Part shown: in pieces, positions 1 through 15,541 of the stretch
Layout: each line of letters starts with the position of its first letter
Position numbering within the stretch: position 1 is the stretch's first letter
The notes under the pieces: generated by a model
Told to the model about the DNA's origin: nothing
The model's input: only the letters and a program-made list of their open reading frames with translations
Database searches by the model: none
Position numbers and translations under genes: made by a program
Source of the DNA: Intoshia linei
Lineage: Eukaryota; Animalia; Orthonectida
DNA: 33,170 nt
Assembly (NCBI GenBank): GCA_001642005.1
Contig: LWCA01000307.1
Span: forward strand, 1-33,170
Reading direction: 5' to 3'

Positions 1-537
1 AAAGAGCTATTAGCGGTGTTATGGGCTTTAAAAAAATTTCGCCACTATCTAATAGGAACTGAATTTACAGTATACACTGACCATCAACCCTTAATAACAT
101 TAATGAACGCAAAAAATCCTACAAATAAATAATTCCGATGGATTCAACTATTGCAAGAATTTAATTTTAAATTATTGTATATACCAGGAAAACAAAAAAT
201 TACAGCTGATATATTGTCGAGAGACGTTATACATGCAGAAGAAGATGAATGGAAACAAGTATATCGAACAGAAATTCATAATGAAAATGAATTTGACTTA
301 ACAGCTCAAAATAATGACAAAAATTACATAGAATTAAAAAAGTCAATATTACAAAGAGAAATGTTACACAAGAACAATATATATTATAAAATATCAAAAA
401 AATACTTAATCCAAAATGATATAATAGTTTTTATAAATAACGGAAATGCAAGAACATAATTGTACCGAAATCTAAAATAAAAGATGTACTAAAATTTTTT
501 TATAATTCAAAATTAGCCATTCATCCTGAAATATGCG
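1..537 (+). pseudogene. Ty3/Gypsy LTR retrotransposon pol fragment (RNase H, linker, start of integrase zinc finger), decayed
   Basis: Frame 1 reads KELLAVLWALKKFRHYLIGTEFTVYTDHQPL..K*FRWIQLLQEFNFKLLYIPGKQKITADILSR, a typical Gypsy RNase H. There is a stop at 130-132. After a frameshift near 455 it reads IIVPKSKIKDVLKFFYNSKLAIHPEI (integrase H-x-H region) and is then truncated. Confidence 0.92.
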
Positions 538-1057
538 GAGAGAGATAAGAGATAAATTGAGAATAATAGATATTGACTCTAATGAAAATTGGAACGATCA
601 AATCGAAATGATTTCTGACATCATTTAATTTATTTGATATCAAATACACTATTAGTGTACCGAATATTTTATTAACAAATAAAATTGTAAATTAAAATAA
701 ACATTTTCAAACACTTTAGGACCAAAATTTTAGGTTGCAGATGTAGTGATAGATATCAAAATAGATCTTTATTTACATTATTACATTACATTTATATTAT
801 CGATCTTAAAATCGTTTTCTTGTTAATTAAAGCTCTTACTATATCTTTTATTGTTCATCATTAGCGGAAAAATAAATTTGGAAATAATTTAATAGATTAT
901 ACAAAAAAATTTTGACATTTCCAAATTATCAAGATTATATAGCAAAAATGAGATTAAATGTAGTCATGCGTACCAACAGATTGAACAAGTTTATTGATTA
1001 GTTTCGTTCTGCGTTATTCTTGGAAATTAATCTTGTTTTTGATTTTATTGAAGAAAT

Positions 1058-3173
1058 ATGAGTCGATCCATTGGAAATAAATCAAAAAAGGTGAAATTTA
1101 TCAATAAACATGTAAAATTATAATATTTATAGCAAAAGAAGAAAATTTTTGGTAATAAAATAGGAAATTACGTGCATAACATATTTAGACGAAATGTCCA
1201 GTTTAGATGGTTCGGATGTAAGCAGTGATGATTACGTATACAGTGACGGTTATGGGGATGATTTAATTGGCGATTTACAAGACCGAGAGCATTTAAACCT
1301 ATTGACGGAAATTGAAAGAGAAATGGAATTATTTAAACGCAGCAATGAACGTGACGCCAGAAAAAAACGTCATAAATTGTTAATTAAAATTAAAAAGAAA
1401 AATTTGAAAATTAACCAAGTCGGTGATTCAGATTCTGACTCTAATGCCAGCGAAGCTTATGATGAAGGTGAAATTGACGAATTTGACTCTATTCGAAAAA
1501 GCCATCGAGTATCACAAAAGGAAAATGTGGCCACAAGTGCTCTAAAAAATTTAAAAGAAGCTAGAAATCGTCAGTCAAAATGTAATAAGATAGTAATCAT
1601 CATAACCATGTTTAGCTTCAACACATACTGATTTTAAAAGCAGTGAAATTTATACATATGATGACGAGAGTGATAGCTTGAAAAGTTGTAGTGATGACGC
1701 GTGGTAGCAACATTATATTCAACTATATTTGTTAAATATTTAGTGAGGAACCCAAAGTTTCTGGTATCGATTATATTGAAAAAATTGAGGATTTGACCAA
1801 AGTTAAATTGTCCAGATATAAACTAGAAAAGTAAACAATTTTTATTGTTATTTATAATGCAAATTAGGTGGTGTCATATGCCATTCCTCAACAAAGTCGC
1901 GATAGGAATGTTTGTAAAAATCGGCATAGGTAGCCATTATAATACTCCAATATATAAGGTATCGAGGATTATTTTTTCTTGCAATTTTATTAGATTTTTG
2001 AAATTGTAGATATCACTAAAACTACTAGAATTTACCAATTCGGCAATTCACGAACAAATAAAGGATTAGTACTCAGGTGAATGTTATTTTGTCGTTTCTA
2101 ATTGGTATAGGTTTGGAAAAACCGAAAAAGTATTTCGTTTCGAGTTTGTATCTAACCAGCCTTTTAAAAAGGTCGAATTTGAAAATTGGATCCAGGAACT
2201 TAAGAAATGCGATATTAAATCACCAACTATCGAATTTTTGGACCAAAAAGAAAAAGATATCAAGAAAGCGTTAAGTTACAATTTGACTACAGTTGAAATT
2301 GACCATGTTTGTTTTTTCCTTGATATTTCTATATATTATAGTTAGTCCGCGATAAATCTGAATTTGAAACTCGTCCTTCCAATATTGCTTTACATAAATC
2401 TAATTTATTCAACGAAATTGTAACAATTTTTATTTTCATTTTTCATCTTTAAAAGGCTAAAGCACAAGAAATTAACGATCAAGATAGAATTGCTACTCTT
2501 CAAGCAAAATTAGTCGATTTAGAAGATTATGCCAAGACGAAAAAGAAGCGGTTCAATTCTATGGACGCTACTATTTCGTAAAATATTTTTTTATTGGTCT
2601 AATTTTTTAGTAAAATTAACGAAAGAAATAGGGAAATAAACATGAGTCAAGCTGAAGAAGCTTTACGGTTAGATTATCTTGAAGATCAAAAAACGGCAGA
2701 TAACCCTTTCAAACGACGAAAGTGTATGCCTCAGTTGGTTACAAAGGTATTTATATGTTTTTTGTCAACAATTTTATCAGCAATTTTAGGCAAGACTAAA
2801 ACAGTTGACCCAACCAGTGGTACCAGTCACTGAAGTAACTATATTTTGGATGCATTTATTTTTAATTTCATCATTAGGAAATTGATGAACTCGTGATTGT
2901 TCCTGAACCAGAACAGACCATTTCACCTCCAAAAAATTCCAATTCTCTTCTTTATGATATCCACGACTTTGATGTATCTATAGACATAAGTTTACCTTCC
3001 ACAGGTTGTCTTTTTTTGTTGCTTTTCATTTATTATTAGATTCCACTACCACAGACATAACTAAAGAATTTTCTAAAAATATGCCTATATTTAATACGAA
3101 AACGGAAGATAGTATAAAACCTTCTAAATGTTTAGACCTTAAAGCTTATAAAAAATTAAGAGGTTTGATTTAG
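1058..3173 (+). CDS. RTF1: RNA polymerase-associated protein RTF1 (PAF1 complex, Plus3 domain); 14 exons
   Basis: Exons 1058-1090, 1133-1151, 1189-1581, 1616-1700, 1744-1830, 1868-1958, 1994-2076, 2111-2306, 2342-2419, 2456-2577, 2611-2746, 2790-2834, 2878-3004, 3040-3173, all GT-AG and in frame. Motifs: [31 protein letters not shown]; Plus3 [36 protein letters not shown]; NPFKRRKC; YDIHDFDV; C-terminus [19 protein letters not shown] at 3198-3203. Confidence 0.95.
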
Positions 3174-3496
3174 TCATTTTTGTTTTTTTAAATTTGTAAT
3201 AAACATTTAATCTACATAATTCGTAACATCCCGTGTTTGGCTAATTTGTTAATTTTACTATAACGTCATAGTATCTTGTTTAATTTTTATTTGGATATAA
3301 TATTATTAACCGGGCTTACCATATTTGCAAATGCCGCGAGTCATAATTTTTTTAAAATTATTGTAATTATTTACTTAAAATTAATAGGTTTTATATAAAA
3401 TTGAATGTCTGCATGCTACCATATGTTTAATAAATTAAAACAGTCGTTGAATTTATAAAACCCAATTTTGATTACAGTTTTTCGCGGGCGATGTAT

Positions 3497-4016
3497 TAGT
3501 GATTGTGCCGGGAATTAAATTTCCCGAAAAAAATTGAAACATACCTGTATTTGATTTATATTTGTTATTACCATTTCAAGCCCTCATAAAAAAATTGTCT
3601 TGCACCGATATTCTTTACAAAATCTTATGAAAAAAATCCACTTCATCAAACCACAAATAAAAAATCTAATTTTCCAGCCCTTAATGTAAAAATATACTTT
3701 TTTTAAAAACCTCATATTCCAATCACAAATTATTAACGCTTAAGGGAATTATCTTCTTTTTCCAATATTATTTTGAAAAATATTATGAGTTGTTACGAAC
3801 TGGAACACGATCAAGATTGTTAAAATTAAAGGAAGCCATTATGACCGTTCAACCTACGTTAACACAAAATGAAAGAAATTTTTCTGTTGCTTCTAATTTC
3901 GTTAGAAAACGTAGAACCCGTTTAAAAGACGAATCTATCAATATTATGTGTGTTTTGAAACAATTTTTTAACAATCTAAAATAAATAAATTTTTTATTTT
4001 TCCCGGGAAATCACTA
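3497..4016 (+). mobile_element. Non-autonomous hAT DNA transposon retaining a C-terminal dimerisation-domain fragment
   Basis: TIRs: TAGTGATTGTGCCGGGAA on the left; the right end TTCCCGGGAAATCACTA reverse-complements to TAGTGATTTCCCGGGAA. 8-bp TSD CGATGTAT/GGATGTAT (7/8). ORF 3790-3984 contains TVQPTLTQNERNFSVASNFVRKRRTRLKDESINIMCVLK, the hAT dimerisation motif. Confidence 0.88.
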
Positions 4017-4644
4017 GGATGTATATCTTTTTTTCAGTTTCAGAATTTGAGTCCTTTAGGGTCAAAAACCCAAAATGCCCTTTTTTTAAAAATATAATAT
4101 TATTATTAGTGTAATAAATTAATTGATAAATTAAAAATCAAATTTTAGATTCATCAGAACTTTCATGATTAAAATGTAAATTAACTTGCAAAGATAATTA
4201 GGAATATTGTCTAAAAATTTAAAGACTAAAACACTGGTACGGTACATTGGCGGTGTTACTATATAGCTTTTGTACAAGTTAAGTCTCTTGTATAGATTTG
4301 CATTTTAAATTTTAAAATTGTCGTAGTAATTAAGGAAATTGTTGAGAGATCACTTGAAAGGCTTAGAAATAAAACCTTTATTTGCATGTCAACAAAACAA
4401 CGTTGTGAAGGAATTGGATACGTCCATAGGTACGAATTGTATAAAACTGCTTACGCACTTGAATAGATTACGGGCGTTGCGAAGAACAAGTATTTACTTT
4501 TATAGAGACAGACAGACAAAGACGCAACAGACGCCTAGCAAAGAATTGATGTATATATCCATAACGATTTACGGGAATGAGGTACATGTTACAATATAAT
4601 TAATTTGCATTGTATCCGTATTCATATACTAAAATAAATAACAC

Positions 4645-5862
4645 ATGGAAAAAGACGGTGACATGAACAGTTTGAATACTTCAGAGTTGTATCGAGATAT
4701 TGTTACAATCTTTACAGAAAAATTAAATTACAAGAAAAACCTAGACATAATGGGTGTTTTATCGATAAATGTTGACGGAATCGAAATGTTTGTAAAAATG
4801 AATGTGAGCATTGACGCTTTAAACAATGTCGTAAATTCAAATGGTCAAAGAAATGAACTTAAATGTAACAACAAAATATGGTCAAATTTATTATGCGCTG
4901 CTGAAAAAGAGGCTAATGGTTCACCTTCAATGTCTAATTTTGTAACAAATACAAATTCTATTGTGAAAAAAGTCAAACGAAAAAATAAAAATCCTCTTAA
5001 ACATTATTCCAACATTGTGTATAGTGAGCCTCAAGAAGAATATGTTCCTCGTGTTGAATCGACTAAACCCAGAGAATCGAGCGACAATACAGAAAAAAAT
5101 AAATTTCTACATTTAAATCGCAAATTAAATTGCGACGAGGCCAAAATATTATTTCAATTCGACAACTCGTTCAAGAAAAATTTTTCGCAAAAACCAAAAC
5201 AAAAATATAGTGGCGATGACGACTCCCATATTGCATTTTATTTTGGTGCGGGCACTAAAATTTGTGGAAAGTTAAAGTGTAAAGATTGCGATTTTACATC
5301 CAAGGGCATTCACGATTTTTTCAGTCATACGCTCAATTATCATCATTGTTTTACTTGTCACCAGTGTGATAACATATTTACCACAAAGAATAGTCTTCTC
5401 AGACATCGTATCGTGCACACTGAATTGAGAAGATTTGCCTGTCTAATTTGTAAACGCGGCTTTTTCCGCCGCGATCATTGTAAAAATCACATTAAAACAC
5501 ATGCAAACAGCCACTTGATCATAAATGCTGAATCCTATGTTAGTACTGCCGAAGCCACTGTCATTTCAACAATTGAAGACGGAGTTTTATACTATGATAT
5601 TAGCTTTGCTCACAAAGAGTTTCCGTTAGAAATTAAAAAACCTAGTCATGATCCAATAAAACTCGTCATTCCTAAAGCAAATTTAAAATCACACATGAAT
5701 GGAAATTTGACTGGAAATATTTTCAATGCAGCCATTCTAAAATGCAATGGGTCGATGGAATCCAAATTATCTCATGGCAATTTAATCAATACTCCTCCGT
5801 TCAAAAAATCCAAATTATCTCTAAATGGCACAATGGAAAAAATCAATTCCACGACTGAATAG
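4645..5862 (+). CDS. Intronless C2H2 zinc-finger protein (3 fingers)
   Basis: 405-aa ORF with CKDCDF..HTLNYH, CHQCDNIF..LLRHRIVH, linker TELRRFAC and CLICKRGF..CKNHIKTH. Confidence 0.9.
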   Translation: MEKDGDMNSLNTSELYRDIVTIFTEKLNYKKNLDIMGVLSINVDGIEMFVKMNVSIDALNNVVNSNGQRNELKCNNKIWSNLLCAAEKEANGSPSMSNFVTNTNSIVKKVKRKNKNPLKHYSNIVYSEPQEEYVPRVESTKPRESSDNTEKNKFLHLNRKLNCDEAKILFQFDNSFKKNFSQKPKQKYSGDDDSHIAFYFGAGTKICGKLKCKDCDFTSKGIHDFFSHTLNYHHCFTCHQCDNIFTTKNSLLRHRIVHTELRRFACLICKRGFFRRDHCKNHIKTHANSHLIINAESYVSTAEATVISTIEDGVLYYDISFAHKEFPLEIKKPSHDPIKLVIPKANLKSHMNGNLTGNIFNAAILKCNGSMESKLSHGNLINTPPFKKSKLSLNGTMEKINSTTE

Positions 5863-5918
5863 ATTTACGATATTTTCATGTAGATATACAAATTTACAAA
5901 AGTAGTAAAAATATTTTA

Positions 5919-10500
<4,582 letters not shown>

Positions 10501-10656
10501 GTTAATATTAAATATATAGTGATATTATAAAATATTATATGGAAACTAAATTTAAAATAAAGTATTGTTTATAATGATAAGTAAAATTGAGTCAAACTAA
10601 AAAATTGTGAAATAAAAACAAGTTCATATGTAATTTTAATTAATATTGAATTCGCC
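10501..10656. promoter_or_regulatory. Probable bidirectional promoter NSUN5/RBM41-like
   Basis: Only 156 bp separate the divergent ATGs at 10500 (-) and 10657 (+). Confidence 0.65.
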
Positions 10657-12267
10657 ATGTTTATTAAAGATGACACCAAGAAACGTAAACTTAGATTTGG
10701 ATCAAAACGAAAATCTTTGATCAAGAAAAAATTTAAAAATATACTTGAACAGCAATCGGAAACCACAGGAATTGTTGATGCTGATTGGTAATGTTATTGT
10801 AATTGAAAGTAATGTAATTTACTAAAGCAATTTGACGAGACCGGTGAATTTTGAAAAGACTCACAATGTATATGAATGTAATTTGCCCTCTGGTATAAGT
10901 TGTATTAAATATCTTGACAAAATAAACTCATCCCGTGAAAATGGTTCTACATCAACAAAATATATAAATCATTCAAACAAATTCAGTAAAAGTGTATGTT
11001 TTATCTATCTGACAAAAATATAAATTTTCATTATAAAAATATAGATTGAAATATCTCGAAATGATATGAAAATAGAATTGAATTTGGATGAAAACAAAAA
11101 CTTGCAAAAGATATTACCAACAATGTTGTATTGTGATGTGGCAGTTTCAAATGATATTATGAAAAAGTCTCAACTGTCATTACATGGAGAGATTGATGAA
11201 ATTACTGATTTAGTCTGTGGAACAAAACATGTCTCCACAGAATTTCCATCAGACTGCAATTTATATTTACCTATCAATCAACTTCAAAAAGGTTTAAAGT
11301 TTTTGCAATTATTTTCATGTCATTTTAGATGCTTTCAAAGTGAAACAAATTAGTTTTAAAGAAATTATAACCCGGTTTCCTTCGTATTGTCACGGTAAAC
11401 CCTCTAATGTAATTTATGTTCTAATAGGCAGTATATATTCGAAATTAGATTCTTTATTGCAAAAATTGGAAAAAGAATGATTTATTTTTAGTTGAAATAT
11501 TTTCAAGTTATGAAGGATTTGTCAAAATTGATGTTCCAAAATCTGGTAGAATGAGAAACCAAGCTTTCGTTCACTTTAAAAGTATTTTATATTTGCACAT
11601 TTCATCTATAGATTCTCAATAAATTATAACATTAATAATTGTAGTCAATACATTTCAATTTTTAATATATAAAGAATTTTACAATGAAAAACTTGTAAAT
11701 ATATTTTAATACTTTGATAACCCTAAATCTCAATTTTATAAGATTATCACCAGAAGTTCTCAAAGGGAAATTTTCGTTTTATATAATTTATGTGCAGTAG
11801 CGACAGATTAAGGGGACCACTTTTTTCAAAAATTTTTTTAAAGTGATAAAAAAGATAACACCTTAGATCAGCGGTTCTCAAATAAGATACTAGTACCCCC
11901 TAGGGGTACCATAAATTATTTTGGGATACCAGAACGTCTTATCCTATGACTCACACTTTATGATTCATAAATTATAAATATTTTTAAATTTCATAATACA
12001 ATTATGTATCTATTTTTGATGAAGTAGAGTTTAACTATTTATTTTATTTGATTTTTTTTAATTCACATGGTATTATAGTTACACTAAATAGAAATTATTA
12101 TGGGGATAATGATTGATTGATGTCTACATAATAATAATATAACTGTTAAATTTTATTTATCTTTAGATGTTGATTATGCAAGTAGTGCCTTAAATAGGTT
12201 TAATGGAATAATCACGGATGAAAATGAAAAACCTTTAATTTTGTGTTTTTCAAACAATAACAATTAG
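10657..12267 (+). CDS. RBM41: RBM41-like (RNPC3/U11-U12-65K paralog family) C-terminal RRM protein; 6 exons
   Basis: Exons ~10657-10787, 10828-10993, 11045-11291, 11329-11408, 11449-11581, 12167-12267. RRM reads RFPSYCHGKPSN|ILYCKNW..EIFSSY..KSGRMRNQAFVHFKN|VDYASSALNRFNG..KPLILCF. It has a single C-terminal RRM and the N-terminal segment KKFKNILEQQSET, which favours RBM41 over two-RRM RNPC3. Confidence 0.72.
11869..11935 (+). mobile_element. Left terminus of a hAT/Charlie-type MITE in the last RBM41 intron
   Basis: CAGCGGTTCTCAAA followed by the hairpin GTACCCC-CTA-GGGGTAC, typical of Charlie-like ends. No matching right TIR was found. Confidence 0.5.
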
Positions 12268-12385
12268 TAATTTTGTATTCATTTAAATCAGCTGCTTTCA
12301 ATCTTCTTAAAAGTACACTCCTTCATTTTTATGTAACGTTTTATATTATGACTGTGATGTTATTTCCGAGGACGGAATTTTTTAA

Positions 12386-12900
12386 TCCTTATAAAATTAT
12401 TTTGTTAAAAATGTATGTCTGTTTGTTCTAGTTTATTTAAGAAAGTAAGAGGAGTCGAGTTATACAAATTACATATTTATATAACAATTTTTCTAGAATT
12501 ATGTTTATCACAATTTTCAATTTCAGAAATTGAGTCTTTCAAGGTGAAAAACCCCAATTGTCTTTTGTTTTTAAATTCAAACCCGTCCTAAAATTATATA
12601 AAATACATTTTCATAAAGGGTTTTAAATGAATCAATATTATGATAGTTTTCAATTTCAAAGTCTTATATCTTCACGGCAAAACCAGTAATTACCCCTTTT
12701 TGTAAAAATTAAGAAAGTCCTAGACTTTAAAAAAAATACAGTTGATACAGTTATATCCCGTTAACCAACACAAAAAATTTCAATTTGATAAAGTGAAACC
12801 TTTATGGTCAAAAAAGCACTTAGTGTTTATTTTTTTATTTTGAAACTATTTTATTTAAAAAATCATTTTTAATATTTAACGGTTGTACAATTAATAATAA
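12386..12900 (+). mobile_element. Diverged copy of the Helitron-like family
   Basis: Starts ATCCTTAT. The blocks AAAAACCCCAATTGTC, ATATCTTCA.GGC.AAAC, GATACAGTT.TATCC.GTTAA and GGTCAAAAAAGCA are collinear with 21126-21600. The 3' end is not defined. Confidence 0.6.
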
Positions 12901-13133
12901 GATTAATAGATTAGTAATTAGTAAAAAATTTCTAAAATAAGAAAAATAGATTGAGGAAATTTGCCATTTTAAAAACTATTTGAAAACCCAATATATGTTA
13001 TAAATATTTGTTTTTTTTAATTTGTATCTTTGTTTGCTTTACAATAATTGATGATCATTATTTACTTTTTATATAAATTCACCATTCAAAGTGAAAATAT
13101 AATTGCTTTATTACATTTGTACAATTCGCATTG

Positions 13134-13413
13134 TAGAGTCGAACCTAGCACGATCGAAGCCACCCAAAAATGAAAAATATGCCTAAAATTTTATTTTGCA
13201 AACTTAAATGTGTAAATTTTTAATTTTGTAAACTAAAATGCGTAGTGTCATGTGGCCCCTAGCCACCTATCCAACACTCTTGAATTGACATTTAAAATTT
13301 TTGAAATTACAACATAATTATGATAACTTATGATATTCAGGAATATATTTTTTTCATACTCAAATTGGAAAAATGAAGCCCGAAGGGTCTCGGGTATAGT
13401 ATGTTCGGCACTC
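13134..13413 (-). mobile_element. ~270-bp MITE, inverted copy of the element at 26230-26487
   Basis: Ends TAGAGTCGAACCT and ATGTTCGGCACTC form imperfect TIRs. Internal TCGAACCTAGCA..GCCAC..AAAATG.AAAATA and TTGACATTT align with the reverse complement of 26230-26487. Confidence 0.6.
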
Positions 13414-14539
13414 CCCTATGTACATCATAAAATTGTGAATTTAATTACAATTGAAATTAAATTAAAAGTTAAGAATATAATTTTATCGCTGAACAAATAT
13501 TATTGAATAAAAATCTGTACATATGATATTGTATTATATCCTACTAATAGGTACTTTACATTTTTAATTATAAAATTAGATTAACGTTCCACTGAATGGT
13601 TGATACCTCATTTTTTATGCACTTGGCATAACTTTATAAGAATAGTTTCTTGACTTTTAATAAATTAACTCAGGAGTTCACAATTTGCGTTATTATGTTT
13701 AATGTTTATTACCACGCCATTATGTGCGGCTGTGAACAATCAATATGATTATTATGCAATATATGATATTACTCCAAATTAGGGCCACCAAAAATTGACA
13801 ATTAAATTGATTATAACAAGACAAACCAGTAAATGAGTATAGCAAATTTTTTATATGTTAATTAGCATGATGATACGAATATTATGCTTATTAAAATTTT
13901 TTATTTAACATTTGTAAAAAAGTTATCAATTTATTTTGGTAATAGTTATTTTTAAAAATTTTTTTATTCAAAATGTAAGGTACACGAATGTATCAATAAT
14001 GACTCTATGAATTTGACAACTTTTCAAAACAATAAATAAAATAAATACAGTCAGCTTTAACATAAAAAGTGGTATAGATACATGTAATATGATATTATGA
14101 AAATTAAGGAAATTGTAAACGGTTTGCTACGACAAAAATTGAAAAAACTTTGTTTCTGCAAGAGTGCACTGCATATAAAAACTTTTCTAAAAGTTAATAA
14201 AGCTACCAAAAATTAGACTTTATTTTTTTTATTTTTATGGATTATTAAAAAACTAAAAAAATTGGAGTCCAAATTGAAAAGTTTAAATCAGATTTTATTC
14301 AAGGGTTATTTAAAATATTTTAATCAAAAAGTTACATTTTTGACTTTTCCAGTTTCTCTAATTAATTAAAACTTGCTGATACATGTATTTAAATTTAAAG
14401 AAAAATCTTTTATTAGACTTAAACTTTATCTCCAAAGTGAAGATTTAAAGTTGGTAGTAAGAATACTGATCTGTACTGAGCAATGGTTCACAATAATGGA
14501 AGAATCCACCTCGGTAAATTTTGTGCAGTCGTAGTATCA

Positions 14540-15539
14540 ATGAGTAAAGTAGCTTTTTGTGCCCTCTCCACGGTCGTGTGTATAAAAATACTAATTGTTA
14601 GTTTTGAAATCTTGCAGTGCATTATGACGTGTAATTTTTTTTAATTTTGATATTTAACTTAGGTTTTTTTGTCAAATCTTATTCATATTCAATTGATCGA
14701 ATAAAGAGTCACATACGAGGTAATAAATCCTGGAAACTGTTTTTTCCTATACTTTAATATTTAGGGTACTGGAGAATAAACGACCAAGTGAATGATTACA
14801 TTTCATGTTCTTTAATTCGAATCAGAATCACTGCGTTTGGATATGACGTGAATACGGTTATTTTTAACATTATTCAAAAAACTAAATTAGACTTAATTAA
14901 ACTTAGAAGAAACAAATTGAATTAAATTTTCACAACAATATAATCGGGCGGTGCGTAACAATGAAAATTTTTTTTGAAGCAGATGGGTTTAATTTAAAAA
15001 AAAACATAAACGGAATAACCCTGAAATTTGAAATACTTCACAATAGTGACACGGTTTCGTTGATGAGATCTTACATAACGTTAAACGGAGTAAACGAATT
15101 TCTACCATCTATACTTTTTTTCAATAATACTGAGACATATGAAACTTACAAATGCTTGCATAGGGTCAAATTTAATTTAAACAAACAATTTGAAAATATT
15201 CATTTGGACAAGTTAATCATCAGTCATGTCAAGTTGTTACCTGTTAGTTATGGACATGAAAAATTCAACCGTCGTGGTAGATATTAGTACTATACTATTA
15301 TTTATACAATCCGTTTAGTAAATTATTGCATTGTTGATGCATTTCCAGCGGAAATCATTGTAGAAGAACACAAATCTTACCTTGTTTACTACAGAACAAT
15401 CAAAGTTTCGGCTGTGATTGTCTTGTGCGCATCTATTATTGGGATAATTTGTCTATTGTTTTACGGAATAAATCGATCCTTCAATAAGTACAAACACGGA
15501 TACCCTTCAAAAAATTATGATATCATTAGTGATGAATAA
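14540..15539 (+). CDS. LAMP-like type I membrane protein, paralog A; 5 exons
   Basis: Exons 14540-14630, 14663-14719, 14765-14856, 14907-15276, 15319-15539. Hydrophobic N-terminus; HIRGYWRIND..SCSLIRIRITA..GRC..ETYKC..KLIISHVKLLP..VNYC (4 Cys); TM VSAVIVLCASIIGIICLLFYGI; tail ends NYDIISDE*. The start codon is uncertain. Confidence 0.75.
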
Positions 15540-15541
15540 TT

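Noticed and set aside
537-575. Purine-rich run as a polypurine tract followed by an LTR
   Set aside because: No TG..CA LTR could be delimited and there is no second copy in the window.
4339-4599. 86-aa ORF upstream of the zinc-finger gene
   Set aside because: TTG start and no recognisable motif; probably promoter or 5' UTR sequence.
10569-10766. Minus-strand ORF, and similarly 24226-24447, 2077-2274, 17124-17330, 23008-23208 and 30623-30832
   Set aside because: They are antisense or off-frame to real exons, or lie inside repeats or TEs.
11409-11448. Apparent premature stop or 19-nt intron making RBM41 a pseudogene
   Set aside because: A 40-nt GT-AG intron restores the conserved ILYCKN frame.
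13145-13148. CTAG as the 3' end of the 12386 Helitron copy
   Set aside because: It belongs to the terminal sequence of the MITE shared with 26230-26487.
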